Source: Eledone cirrhosa (lineage: Eukaryota). Taken from it: 64,000 nt of DNA. Below the pieces are notes generated by a model. The model was given only the letters and a program-made list of their open reading frames with translations, did no database searches and was not told the DNA's origin. The first letter of the stretch is position 1; each line of letters opens with the position of its first letter. Where the stretch lies: NCBI GenBank assembly GCA_964016885.1, contig OZ024750.1:20522001-20586000 (forward strand), read 5' to 3'. Below are positions 14,542-26,566 of the stretch, piece after piece. The translations under genes were made by a program, and so were the position numbers.

Positions 14542-14610
14542 TGATTATATATGATTTCTTTATTGGTCATTCTATAATGTGGAAAATAGGACGCAACACA
14601 GCATGTTTAT
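14404..14610. repeat. inverted repeat with ~70-bp arms enclosing a (TA)n core
   Basis: ataaacatgctg..cgtcctattttccacatcatagaatgaccaatgaagaaatcatatataatcattatatg is mirrored on the right. Confidence 0.88.
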
Positions 14611-14699
14611 GAGATTTAGACGAAGAAATATATCATTTGACTAGAAGAATAGAGAAGAAAAATCTATCTTTCGAAATCTATATTTCGAAATCTATCTTT

Positions 14700-15555
14700 C
14701 AAAAGGAGATTAGTGAACAAGCACACCACCAAACTGATTTGAGTATCACAGTTGAAACTCTGAAAGGGCAGGCCAAAAAACTAACCAACTGGAAATCACC
14801 AGGCCCAGATGCTGTGCAGGGGTATTGGATCAAACATATAACATCCCTCCAACCGAACTGACAACCATGTTTAATGACTGCTTGATGTAGGGTGAGGTAC
14901 CAAAGTGGTTGACAAAAGGTACCACAGTTCTGGTAATGAAAGACCGAATCGAGGGTAATGATGTTACCAACTATAGACCTATCACATGTCTGTCCGTAAT
15001 GTGGAAAATTGGTAACAAGCATTGTGTCTGAGGAGATCTACCATCACCTCCACATAAACAACTTGTTACCGGACGAACAGAAAGGATGCCGAAAGAAGTC
15101 CCGTGGTACAAAAGACCAGTCAGTTATTGATAAGATGGCAAGAGGAGACACACTGGTCTTGCCATGGGATGGATATATTACAAAAAGGCATTCGACATGG
15201 TACCTCATTCTTGGATAACCAAAAGCCTAGAGATCTTCAAGGTAGCAGATAACATCAGACAGTTGTTGAGCAAAAGTATGAAGTCCTGGGAAACAGAGTT
15301 AACATCGGGTGGAGAATCCTTGGGAGGCGTGAAGATCAAGAGAGGTATCTTCCAGGGAGATAGTGGGGTCCCCTCTGTTGTGTGTCCTTGCCCTGATACT
15401 CCTGACCATTATACTGCGAAGAGTGAGAGCAGGATACAAGTTGGGAAAGGGAGAGCTTACCATCAATCACCTCCTCTTCAGGAACGATCTTAAGCTCTTC
15501 GGGAAGAGTGAGAAGGATGCGCTTGTTGACACTGTCCGTATTTTAAGCAATGATA
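14700..15555 (+). pseudogene. non-LTR retrotransposon RT remnant, R4/Dong-like
   Basis: NWKSPGPDAVQGYWIK, NYRPITCLSVMWK, EQKGCRKKSRGTKDQ, YKKAFDMVPHSWI, RGIFQGDS, HLLF.NDLKLF across several frames. Confidence 0.88.
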
Positions 15556-15897
15556 CATGTAATAATAATAATAGTAATAATAATATTTATACTTATACAT
15601 ATAATCTATATATAGTTATAGATAAGAGAGGGTAATATTTAGTAATATCTGATCTCATTATGTATCCCTTTTACCTTAATGCATGCTATCATTAACATTC
15701 GGTGTGTAAAATGCTTGATATATTCACCTTTTGTAATGCTCTCTTTATAACACCTTTCAATATTTTCCTCTATTTTCACTGAAATGTCATTTTGTTATTC
15801 TTGCCTTTCAATACAATGTCACTGATATCGTTAATAATAATGTATCTTAACGATTGGTCTAAATACTATGAATATAATTACTTGTTTAAACAGTGTG

Positions 15898-15945
15898 TAT
15901 GCTCCGATGAATCTGACAGTTATTTGGAAGAAACTATTGTCAGCA
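15898..15945 (+). ncRNA. degenerate hammerhead-like motif near the end of an AT-rich segment abutting (TA)n
   Basis: ugcu-CCGAUGA-a ucuga(caguuau)uugga a-GAAAC-UAUU-GUC-agca, with U4>C. Confidence 0.58.
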
Positions 15946-15989
15946 ATTAAATGCATTTAACCAAAATCTGAGTGTTTTATATTTTGTGA

Positions 15990-16047
<58 letters not shown>

Positions 16048-16083
16048 ATGTGTGTGTATACACACACACATACCCGCATATAT

Positions 16084-16142
<59 letters not shown>

Positions 16143-16639
16143 CATACACATATTTGTAGTGATTGTTTCTTCTTATATAGTAAGTATATATAACATAACA
16201 CGAAAGCTAACTGCCGAAAGGGAATATTCAAAATATACTTATTTATATTTGTTTATATACAAACATTTATATACATCATTGATTCATCAATCATAAAATT
16301 TCCACTATTCATTAAAACTTTAACCAGAATTTTATTGCCTAAAATAGTGAAAAATATTCATCCATGCGTCTGTTTTTGTTTTTATGTTTTCTTTTCGTTG
16401 CTGTTCTTTTTCCTAATTTCTTATTTACCTAATTATTAGCTTAACAGTTTGGTTTGATGTTTCAAAATACATTTTCTCTTTTAAATTATTATTTTAAATA
16501 TACTTATGAATATACCGAAAAGATTATGTAGAAAATGATCAAACTTGAAACTTAAAATTTATTTTCCTTGTGAACTGTTCAGTCTTCTCGTTAGGCGATA
16601 GAAGGCAAATGGCTTATTATTTAAGCTCCTCATGTTATG

Positions 16640-16800
16640 ACATTGATTCCAGTCGGTACATACAGTACTTCTGCAAGGCAATATATTTGACGTTTCTCCA
16701 GTCTAACAACCTGGGGAAAAATGATTTATACATGCATTTCACATACAGCGTAAATTTACATTTCTCAGGGATTTCTTTTAACAGTTTACATGGCTGTGAA
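16640..16800 (-). pseudogene. possible LINE (CR1/L2/Jockey-type) C-terminal remnant
   Basis: YKSFFPRLLDW resembles the terminal SFFPRTIRDWN motif. Confidence 0.35.
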
Positions 16801-18677
16801 ATGATCAGTTGCTTCCATGTGACTTTCAGGAATAGGGTCTTTGGTTGTTCAAACGACAAGGTCCCTCCTAGTCGGATACAACAGAGGCGACTAACACGAT
16901 AGAGTAATCATTTTCGCTCTCATATTCCGATGTCATCCATAAAACGTGTGACTGTCAGTGTACTGCATTTAACAGGTGATTAGTTTCCTTTTACCTTCAT
17001 AAGCTTAGCACAATTACTATCATTGGCTGAGTAGCCAATAAGGCGATAAAATTAACCAATAAGACGATACATTACAAAGGATCTTTGGCAGGAATCACCA
17101 CGGCCAGCGAAACACCTTGAATGTTTTATTCACAAGCTACGCATATAAATCAGGAACACGCAGACTTAAAACATTCTGTTGTTAGTCACTGCGTGTCTAA
17201 CAGATAATGGTAAAGTTTGAACACTCTATGACAACTTTAACTTTATCTTATTTCTCATGAGATTCAGTATGACACAGAGTGTGATAATTTGGACCAAATA
17301 AACCAAGGTACAGTGCACTAAATTTGTTTCAAAAATCTTTCCACTCTACAAAAATTCCTTCCCAACCTTATGTTAACCAGAAGGCATGGTAAATGATGAA
17401 ACTTGATCAATAAAGCATTCAGCTCGGACACTGAACCTAAGGTATTTCGAAGCGAGCCGCTTAAACATTCGGCCATATTATCACTGCGCATGTCTATATT
17501 ACTATGGAAAATGTGTATGGAAATATTTTCCAAGATAAATCGTTTTATTTTTTTTTTTGTGAAATAAACATACAACTGGAAAAATATGTCATTGACATAT
17601 TTAGCTATAACATAGAAGTCAGTGAGACTCAGTGCGATACATTAGGTGAGACAGCTGGCCATTTATATTAATATTGCAACTCGTTTTCTTTCCAAACTAG
17701 GTTAGAACGCGGAGTTGGGAATCGAACAATTCTTCAAGCAAATTCTGTGACCTTCTCATTATCGTAAAAGTCAGAATTTTGCCATTATATATTTCCAGAA
17801 TGTCCTTATAAATTTAAATCACTCTCCGTTTCAAACTTTCAAATTGGTTACACTGTATTTCTCCAAATTAAAATAGAATTTGATAGTGGAAATGAAACTA
17901 GTGTTTACTGCAAGAGTAATGTTAATATAATATAATCGTTTAAGAATTATAACAATGTATATTCTGCAAACCTTTGAAAAGAGATATTTAAAAACACCTG
18001 TGCAAATCCAATCAGATGTATGAGAAATATTTACTTAATTGCTGAGAGATTCAAACATAAATACATCACGCATTATTACGATTGAAAATTTGAGACCGCA
18101 ATAACATATCTCCTCAAGATCATACCTTAGGCAATATCAATTCTTCCATTCGAAATTAACAATGAATGCAAAGATATTTGAACAGTAGAATAAATTTAAT
18201 GACTCTCTATGTCACTATATAAACAAGCTTCAAAGAAAATTCGTTGAATTATATTCGAAATCCACATCTTGATATCAACTTCGAGATAATTATCTCACAC
18301 TGTATATATAAATTTTCGAGTTAGTATTTCTCATGTTACTGCTATTTCTCTTGCATTGTTCCAGTGAATCCACATGAATTCACTATTAAGACAATCGTTA
18401 AATACCGCATATGTCACAGCCAATTTCACAAACATATATGCATCCATCCAGTCTGTTTGTCCTATTGAAGTGGAATAATAAGATATTTCAAGCGGCATAT
18501 ATTACCTGCGAAATGTATTGGTAGATGATTCATAGTACAGTTCTCAGTTAAAATTAATATATTTCCAGGATATAACTTGTGTTAAATCGACATTCGAATG
18601 GTTCTTCCTGTTTTAAAAATAAATGGGGGCATGCGTACACAGAACAGGCTTATACATATATTGATATGGCGCCTATT

Positions 18678-18742
<65 letters not shown>

Positions 18743-19266
18743 GTTGGAGCTGTTGTCTTGAAGGTGGCTATCAACAGAATATATACTTTACCCTCCCTCA
18801 GAATTTCGTTTATTGCTTCCACTATCTACTTGATTCTGGCTACGCATAGGCTATCGTTTGATACAGATCAACACAACATACTTGAGTGGTTAACTTTCTG
18901 TTGATTTACGACCCCAATTCTGTGGGGGATGCATGAATACTGATTTCGCTAATTGCAAACGTGGATAGCACTTTACTTCAGTAGCATGACGGCTGGGAAA
19001 GCCATTCACGATCTCATTTGTCTGTTGGAGGCTCCAGCAGAAAGACATGGGCTTTTTCTCCCGGCTGGCGGAATATCACAAAATCGAGTTTCATCTAAGG
19101 TTACCGTTCTCATAACAACAGCAAATGCATATTGATTGTATAGGGGAACCGTTGAAATGAGTATTATGAATAAACGATTTATGTAACTTCAGCATTTTTA
19201 TTATATCTATATATATATGTGGTGTGTGTGTGTTTATTATGCGCTTTATTATGTTTTTATGCGATT

Positions 19267-19316
<50 letters not shown>

Positions 19317-19319
<3 letters not shown>

Positions 19320-19435
19320 AACCAGTAAGACCCCGACAGCTGAGCTCAAGCCGTTTCGACGGCTAATTCTGGACTCAGTATTGAGTACTTTGGTGCGTTA
19401 TGGTCCACCTGGTTCCTTACCACATTTCCTTCGTT
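19317..19435 (+). mobile_element. family A element, internally deleted
   Basis: gaccccgacagctgagctcaagccgtttcgacggcta…gcgttatggtccacctggttccttac, between (TA)n tracts. Confidence 0.8.
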
Positions 19436-19508
19436 ATATATATATATATATATATATAAAGAATGAATAATAACAGGTAGACATCATAAAAAGGTAGTTT
19501 ATTCCGTG

Positions 19509-19620
19509 TGCTTACAAGTGTTTCCACGGTGGTACTGCAACCTAGTTCCGCTACGTGCAAATTCACAAGTATTTGCAGAACTCGAATATCCAATGCTGTG
19601 ACCACTGTTTCCTCAGAGCA
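19509..19620 (-). ncRNA. type I hammerhead ribozyme with intact core and ~85-nt branched stem II
   Basis: Minus strand: ugcu-CUGAGGA-a acaguggu…accaccgu g-GAAAC-ACUU-GUA-agca. Lies in the 3' UTR of the PLE, in its sense orientation. Confidence 0.8.
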
Positions 19621-20113
19621 GAATGGTAAATATACAATGTAAAAACCCTTAAGTGGGGTTGTTGGGGAAGATAGAGTGGAACAGGAAGAGAGAAAAGTAG
19701 GGAAGATGGAGAGAGAAGGAAAGATATGCAGGGGTTGGAGAAGTAGGAGAGAGTGGCTTGTAGATATCTTAATCAAAATGTTATGGTAGGGGTTTTATTA
19801 GTTACTTTTGGAGAGATGCGTAGATAGTTGAGGTCGGAATTATTTATTGCCCCAGAGGTCAAGTTCATAGATGTTGAGAGGGAGGTAGGTCAAAGGTGAG
19901 AGAGAGAGAGTGTAATGGATGTAGAGAGAGATATATAGGTAGAGAGGGGACAGATAAAGTATATGTGGTGAGTGAACTTTTGGTTTTGTAGTAGTAATCT
20001 AGGAATTGTACTGAGTTACCATGTATAGTGATAAGCAGTGTATTGTCTTGTAGTGTGGGGGAGAAGAGAAGGTTGTTAGCTAGAAAGTGGTGTTGTAGTT
20101 ACGGGTTCGAATG

Positions 20114-20605
20114 TTAAGTTATTTTATAGTGAGAGAATTTAGCTTTTAGTTTGTGGTTGCAGTATAATGATCGTTCAATTCTATCGTTAAGTAGTTTGTT
20201 TTGGGATTTTAGTAGGTAAAATAGCTCAAGGTTACATAACCTGCAGTACTTCAAACCACTCCGATATGCATTTGCGCTGGAAAGTATATCCCATTTTAAG
20301 GTGAACTGTTGGTTGTGTTCACGGAGTTGCCAGGTCTTGTTGGCGAGCGTGGTCACAAAACGGTGATTCTGATGTTTGATTGAGAATCGATGACGGTACC
20401 AGCGGGATTTAAACGATGTGGTGGTAGATCCGATATAATACCATTTCTGGTCGTCCGATTCAACCGTGCATTGGTAAACAATGTTGGACTTTAGGCATTC
20501 ATTCTGCAATGGACATCTTTCAGGTAGATGGCAGTTACATGCTTTGTTGTGGGTAGCGGGTATACCATGGATAGGTTGTGATAGCGGTACAGGTGGGTTG
20601 TGCAA
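20114..20605 (-). pseudogene. PLE GIY-YIG endonuclease domain
   Basis: CNC..CPL..CLKSNIVYQCTV…YYIGST..FKSRWYRH…CRLCNLE…LLNDR.E…CNH, a typical PLE endonuclease pattern. Confidence 0.85.
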
Positions 20606-21256
20606 TATCCGTCTCCCATTTAGTGGTTGGGAGGCAGATATTGCGTTCTGCCCACCTGTTACTAAAATGTTTTGTTTTGTAGAGTTGTTTAATTGCCTTA
20701 AGTTAAGTTTTTTTATGTATGCTTCAAGGTGCCGTGGAGTATGATAGTCTAATAGTTTTGGAGTTCAGAATTTTGCTGTACTTATGGGAACTAGGGAAGT
20801 GTTTATTGATTAATTTAAAGAATGAAAGAGATAGTTTTGTACTAATCGAGGCATTAAAAATAGGATTATACCAGATATACTTTCTACAACGTGATTTATT
20901 TGGTGGTGAACTTCTATTATTAGTATGTCTATATATATATATATGTGTGTGTATATATATACATATATATATATGTATATATATATGTATATATATATTT
21001 GTGTGTGTATGTATATATGTATATATATATACATACATAATTCTTGGATAATTTAAAAATAATGGAACGTCTATTTGGAAAACATCACATACCGATGCAT
21101 ATATATATATATATATATATTCATAAAGTGTTCCTGGTTCGAAGCCAAATATATTACATTACAAAGATATTTCCCACTGTCCCTGTTTTTTCTATTGTAC
21201 CATATATGTAGGTATTTTTGGTTGATAAAGAAACAGTTATTTTTCTTTTATTGAAG

Positions 21257-21740
21257 GCATTGGATTGGCAATATCGGTAGACAACTTGCTTTGTAACATA
21301 GTGTTATGGCCCTTTACATTATGAGTTCAAATCCCGCCGGGGTTAGTTTTGCCTTTCATGCTCATGGGGTCGATAAAATAAAGCACCAGTAATGCACTGG
21401 GGTCGATATAATCGACTTTCCCCTCCCCTTCACATTGCCAGCCATTTGCCTAAGGTAGAAACAATTATTATTTTTATTATTGTATATACTATTTGAGTTC
21501 AAATCCCGCCAAGGTTAACTTTCCTTTCATCCTCACGGGGTCGATAAAATAAAGCCCCAGTAACATACTGGGGTCGATTTAATCGACTTTCCCCTCCCAT
21601 CAAATTACTGGCCTTGTTCCTATACTAGAAATCATTATTATATATACTTTGCCTTTCATCCTTACGGGGTCGTTAAAATAAAGTACCAGTAATGTACTGG
21701 GAAATTGCTGGCATTGTGGCAAAAAGTAGAAACAATTATT
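21257..21740 (+). mobile_element. three tandem SINE copies, progressively 5'-truncated (~21257-21470, ~21494-21638, ~21647-21740)
   Basis: tttgcctttcatc..cggggtcgataaaataaag..ccagtaa occurs three times, each copy ending in an att-rich tail. Confidence 0.82.
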
Positions 21741-22639
21741 ATATATACTTTTGGTAATTGATCGATGGGTAATCTTATATTTTCATTACGCAGAGACATG
21801 TCAATCGTTGATGTTACTTAAAAGGTTTCGAATTTAATTCATCAAAATGTCAAGAATTCTCGGATTTTGTTGATTGCTTATTTATAATAAAGTTTAAACA
21901 CTTCATTAATAGAATCTACGTATTGCATCTCATCTGACACTGCATCTAGAATCTAGAGTGTCTGTTTACAATCATTACTATTTAATAAAGGCATGTTGCT
22001 TAGGGGTTTTTAACCATAAGGACATGACTTAGATTCTTTCGTAAAAATTCATGTGGCCCAGTATTTAGTGTGTTGCACTGACAATCGTATCAGCATTGAT
22101 TCGATTTTCGTTTGCGATGGCACATTATTTTCTTTAACAAGACACTTCATTTCGCTGTACTCCACTCCACTTCAATCACATGAAGGAATGTAAACAAGTG
22201 TACTTTCTATGGCTGGAAGTTTACCGGTTCAGATATTTGCAACATATCGTTTCCAGAGATAAAACACCATAGAAACCATTCTATAAATAAAGGCACATTT
22301 ATACATGGGGTGTTTCGAACCTTCTCAATGTTTGAATATAGATAGAGAGAATCAGAAAGAGGGGCTGTGTGTGTGTGTGTGTTTGTGCTCGAGTGAGACA
22401 GAATGAACGATCGAACGAAAGTGAGACAGCGACAGATGGGAAGTGTAAAAGTGATAAAGAAAAAAATCAAAAGCTATATTGATGAGGGAATGTATTCACC
22501 GAGTTTGAAATGATAAAAGACAAAGTTGATTTCTTTGTGAGTTGAACTCACAGCTCAGTAATAAATTAAAAAATCTTATTCTCCTTATCACATTGCATTG
22601 CATATAAATATATATATACAGATAGAGAGAGAGAGAGTT

Positions 22640-22786
<147 letters not shown>

Positions 22787-22879
22787 AATTGGTAAAATGA
22801 CTCCGAAACAAATGCTTGCTCAGTATGTTAACTTGGAAGTCAACTGCAGCTGTCTAATGATGCAAATATTCGTTCAGGA

Positions 22880-23720
22880 CAATACAAAGCAATTAACTTT
22901 TGGTATTGGGGATATTAGAAAGCTCCTGGAGAGCAGTTCCAATCTGGAACGAAGTCCATCACTCATCTACAACGCACTCAACAGATATAATATCGATATC
23001 TATGATATAACTGAAACCCGACTCCCTGACACATCCCAAATGGAAGAATAGGAGAAGAGCACACGTGCTTCTTGTCTGGAAAAAATTGGAGAAGACCACT
23101 GTGAAGCTAGCTTTGGTTTTAACAATAGATCTGTTATTTTAACAATAGATCTGTTGTTTAACGATAGATCTGTAAATCCCTAACACCATTCCTCAAAACT
23201 GTGAGTGATCGTATGATGACCCATTCTCCGGATCTAACAAATGACACCTCCGTTACACTACTCATCTTTTAAGCGCGTTTCTCTATACATCTGAGCAGAA
23301 TATCAAAATATTCTATGATCATTGCACACACTGGCCTCCACTCTTCCATAAATGAACAAGCTCTTGATTATGTATAATTTTAAATCTAGATCTGGAAATC
23401 ACTATCAAATACTTCATGAGGTTATTGTATTTCTTAGAGTCAGAGATAAGCACTCATATGTGTTTAGGTTGCTTTCCCTCTGTGAGGAATTTAATCGTAG
23501 CACCCCTAATACCTTTTTTCAACAACTTGCAAACCAAAAGATAACAGCCTAAATTCAAGGATAGGAAATTGATTATGTCATCAAACAGACTTGCATTAAC
23601 AGATTTCAAAATCACTCGCACGTTTTACTCTTCTTGTTATGTCTCAGATAATTCAATCTTCACAACAAAAGGCATCTTCTGAAGCCACAGATATCATCCA
23701 AGTTCGCTCTGGATGTTTTG
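22880..23720 (+). pseudogene. RTE/BovB-like LINE AP-endonuclease remnant
   Basis: LTFGIGDIRKLL..ER..LI..ALNRYNIDI..ITETRLPDTSQMEE.G..TCFLSGK matches the RTE endonuclease N-terminus; many stops. Confidence 0.72.
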
Positions 23721-24735
23721 AGATCCACTGATATTAGATAGAACTTTTTGCAAAACTTCACTCAACCCAGACGCAATCACAAAAGCAAGAACGAACGCAG
23801 GTAATAGCTAGATGGGGAGAGTCAATGCAGAATGGTAGATTAGGCATTAGTATGCAACGGCAATAGGAAGGACACAGACTCAGAATGCTCAAATGTTTAA
23901 AAAATTCGCTTCACAAACATTAAGACCCGTAGCTTGATAACACTTAATCTCATCTTGTGTGCTTCTCAGTCTCCATAGCTTCGAGTTCAAAAATGCTTAG
24001 GAATGCATTTGGGTTTGCAGAAACTGTCTGGAGCCGGTTTGATAGACTATAACTGTAATTCATAGGACTATTTTCCTCACATGCTCTGCGATATTGAAAT
24101 ACTACGGGAATGTCAAATGCCCATGCCCTCACATATTACTTACATGTTTTGGAGGATCTGTTAGTCGTTCAACTCCTCTACGAACCGACTAAGGTCTATT
24201 CTAGGGGGAAGAATGTGAAGAAGAGAAATGAGTGTTTTGAATAAATGTGTAACAGAACATTTTCGTACAGTACTCTGGAAAATGAATGTTGCTTTTTGCT
24301 TGTTGAATACTATTGGCCGCCATCCAATCTTATTCTCAAATCTTTCTTTGTAGAAATAACTAGTCACATATTTCTCTCCTTATAACTTCTTACTAAGTAA
24401 CTGTTATAGTTATTGTCGGAATAAAACGCTGGCAAACATCCACTCATATATTTAGTGAGTATGAAAGGGAAAACGCACGACTACATATTTGTATAGCTTA
24501 ACACAAATCAAGAAGAAACCATACTTTCTTATAGGTGCCATCTTTCTTGATAGATTTAAATAAATCAGACACATTTTATTGTAGACCTAGTGACATATGC
24601 AATCAATTGAATCGCCTACAACTATATGAATATAAAGTGGTTATTTCCATCTTGGATCACACATGAAATCGCCACCAAACAGATTTATTGGTCATTATTT
24701 TTATAATTTTTATATAGAAATTATCACACAAGAAA

Positions 24736-24767
<32 letters not shown>

Positions 24768-24790
24768 GTATATATATTAATAATAATAAT

Positions 24791-24941
24791 AATAATAAAT
24801 GTGAAGACTAAGATCCGTAGAGGGCTCGATAGGGATATTAAATATATTAAAATATATAAAACCATAGAGCAAATACCTCGGGAAGATCCCGTTAAGGGTT
24901 AAAGAAGAGATTCTTTGCTTAAACTTTAATCTGTTATTTTT
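24791..24941. repeat. internally deleted copy of the 62604 palindrome family
   Basis: tgtgaagactaagatccgtagagggctcgata…gaagatcccgttaagggt…ttctttgcttaaactttaatctgttatttt. Confidence 0.8.
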
Positions 24942-25808
24942 ATATATATATAGATATAGATATAAGTAGTAACACAACAATTAGTTCACCATACCGAGAG
25001 CAATTGTTTCACTTTATGCGGATTTTAAGCTCATACAGTTTGTGGTGCTGTAATCGGTTTGTTCACAACTCAGGACAGTTCTCTATACATGGTAAGAACT
25101 AGAATGGGTATTGATGATGGAATTTCCCACCGCGATACCTTGCGGTTTCGGCTTGTACGTCACAAGTACTTTCAAAACTATACTGTGGTAAACCATTGAT
25201 AAAACATGCTGTATACAAGTCCAAATCACTCGATGTTCGACGTCCAGTTACAAACGAGCATATGATGTACAGACTTTAGCAAGAGGCAACTTAGGTTTGA
25301 TGGATACGACCAGGAAGTAGACAGTGGAAATAGGTTGCCGGACAAAAGATTCAATTTACTAATTCTGCCCATCAGCTACGGTTTACGAGTGGTAATAAAG
25401 CAGGCTGGTAAATTTATTATTTATTTTATTATTATTATTATTGTATACTTACGACCCACTTGGGGTTAGGTCATATATTCAATACGTGCTGTACTGCTCG
25501 TGCCATATTTAAACTCAAAGACGTTTCGTTGTACGGAAGTACTTCATTGCATAGCAGTTCACAATACGCATATATGTAAATATGCGAGTACAAGTAGAAT
25601 AGGCATTGTGCTCACTTACCTGGATAGATACACTGCCAGTAGGTGAAAGCGGGTATATCTATTTATCGCAGATTCCGATTTCATATAGGTAATATCCTAT
25701 GGTGGCCACTTCTTCGGGTGCCTACGCCTGATTACACTACAGTCCGTCGATTGCTTGATCAACCAACACTGATTACTTGGAATTCCATAATTATATATGT
25801 ATATATAT

Positions 25809-25892
<84 letters not shown>

Positions 25893-25899
25893 AGGGCAT

Positions 25900-26222
25900 T
25901 ACTGTTGCAATATCCAGACAGCGGAGGTCCACCTATGGCGCTGACATGTAGCTTATGTGCTAGACTCTGTCTCAGCAAGGCTGGACTTGAAAGTCATTTT
26001 CGCAGTCATAAAGTGAGACCAGTGGTTGACTACCAGGCTGCTTTTGAAGATGCTACTCATCATGCCTGCCAACCATGTGGTAGAGAATGTAAATCAGCAG
26101 GAGGACTCAAAAGACATGCAAAAGTAGATGAACTCCAACCACAGCCGGCTATTCCCACTGAAGGTTTTGGTTGCCAACTCTGTGCAAGACATTTTAGATC
26201 ATTGGCTGGGCTAAAAAGCAGC
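25900..26222 (+). pseudogene. three tandem C2H2-like zinc fingers, probably the 3' end of an RTE-clade LINE ORF
   Basis: CSLCARLCLSKAGLESHFRSH; CQPCGRECKSAGGLKRH; CQLCARHFRSLAGLKS. No TGEKP linkers; flanked by microsatellites. Confidence 0.6.
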
Positions 26223-26375
26223 ACTGTTAATTGTTATCGTCTGTGTGTGTGTGTGTGTGTTTGTATGTGTGTGTGTATGTGTATGTGCATAGATATGTAT
26301 ATGTGTGTGTGTGTATATTTATATATATATATATATATAAATAAATAAATGAAATCATTATTTTTATTCTTGTTA

Positions 26376-26566
26376 GGGCGGAGGATTGGCAGTATCGGTG
26401 GAGAGTCGGACGCCATGCTTTCCAGTATAGTTACGTCCCTTTACGATCTGAGTTCAAATCCCGCCGAGGTTGACTTTGCCTTTCATCCTTACGGGGTCGA
26501 TAAAATAAAGTACCAGTAATGCACTGGGTAATTGCTGGCCCTGTGCCTAACGTAGAAACAATTATT
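26376..26566 (+). mobile_element. tRNA-derived SINE, same family
   Basis: Near-identical to 47690-47877. Confidence 0.88.

Larger units (their letters stand above)
19458..20930 (-). mobile_element. 5'-truncated Penelope-like element of a second lineage (linker + GIY-YIG + 3' UTR), flanked by (TA)n
   Basis: YIWYNPIFNASISTKLSLSFFKLINKHFP…IRLSYS (ORF 20724-21038), then a frameshift into ORF 20114-20605. Confidence 0.85.

Noticed and set aside
17420-17490. tRNA-like A-box on the minus strand (and B-boxes in SINEs) as possible tRNA genes
   Set aside because: No complete cloverleaf; these are SINE-derived.
25660-25725. Minus-strand ccgaaga…gaaa-ucggaa-uc HHR-like parse
   Set aside because: Needs a core substitution plus an insertion and has a weak stem II; could be chance.
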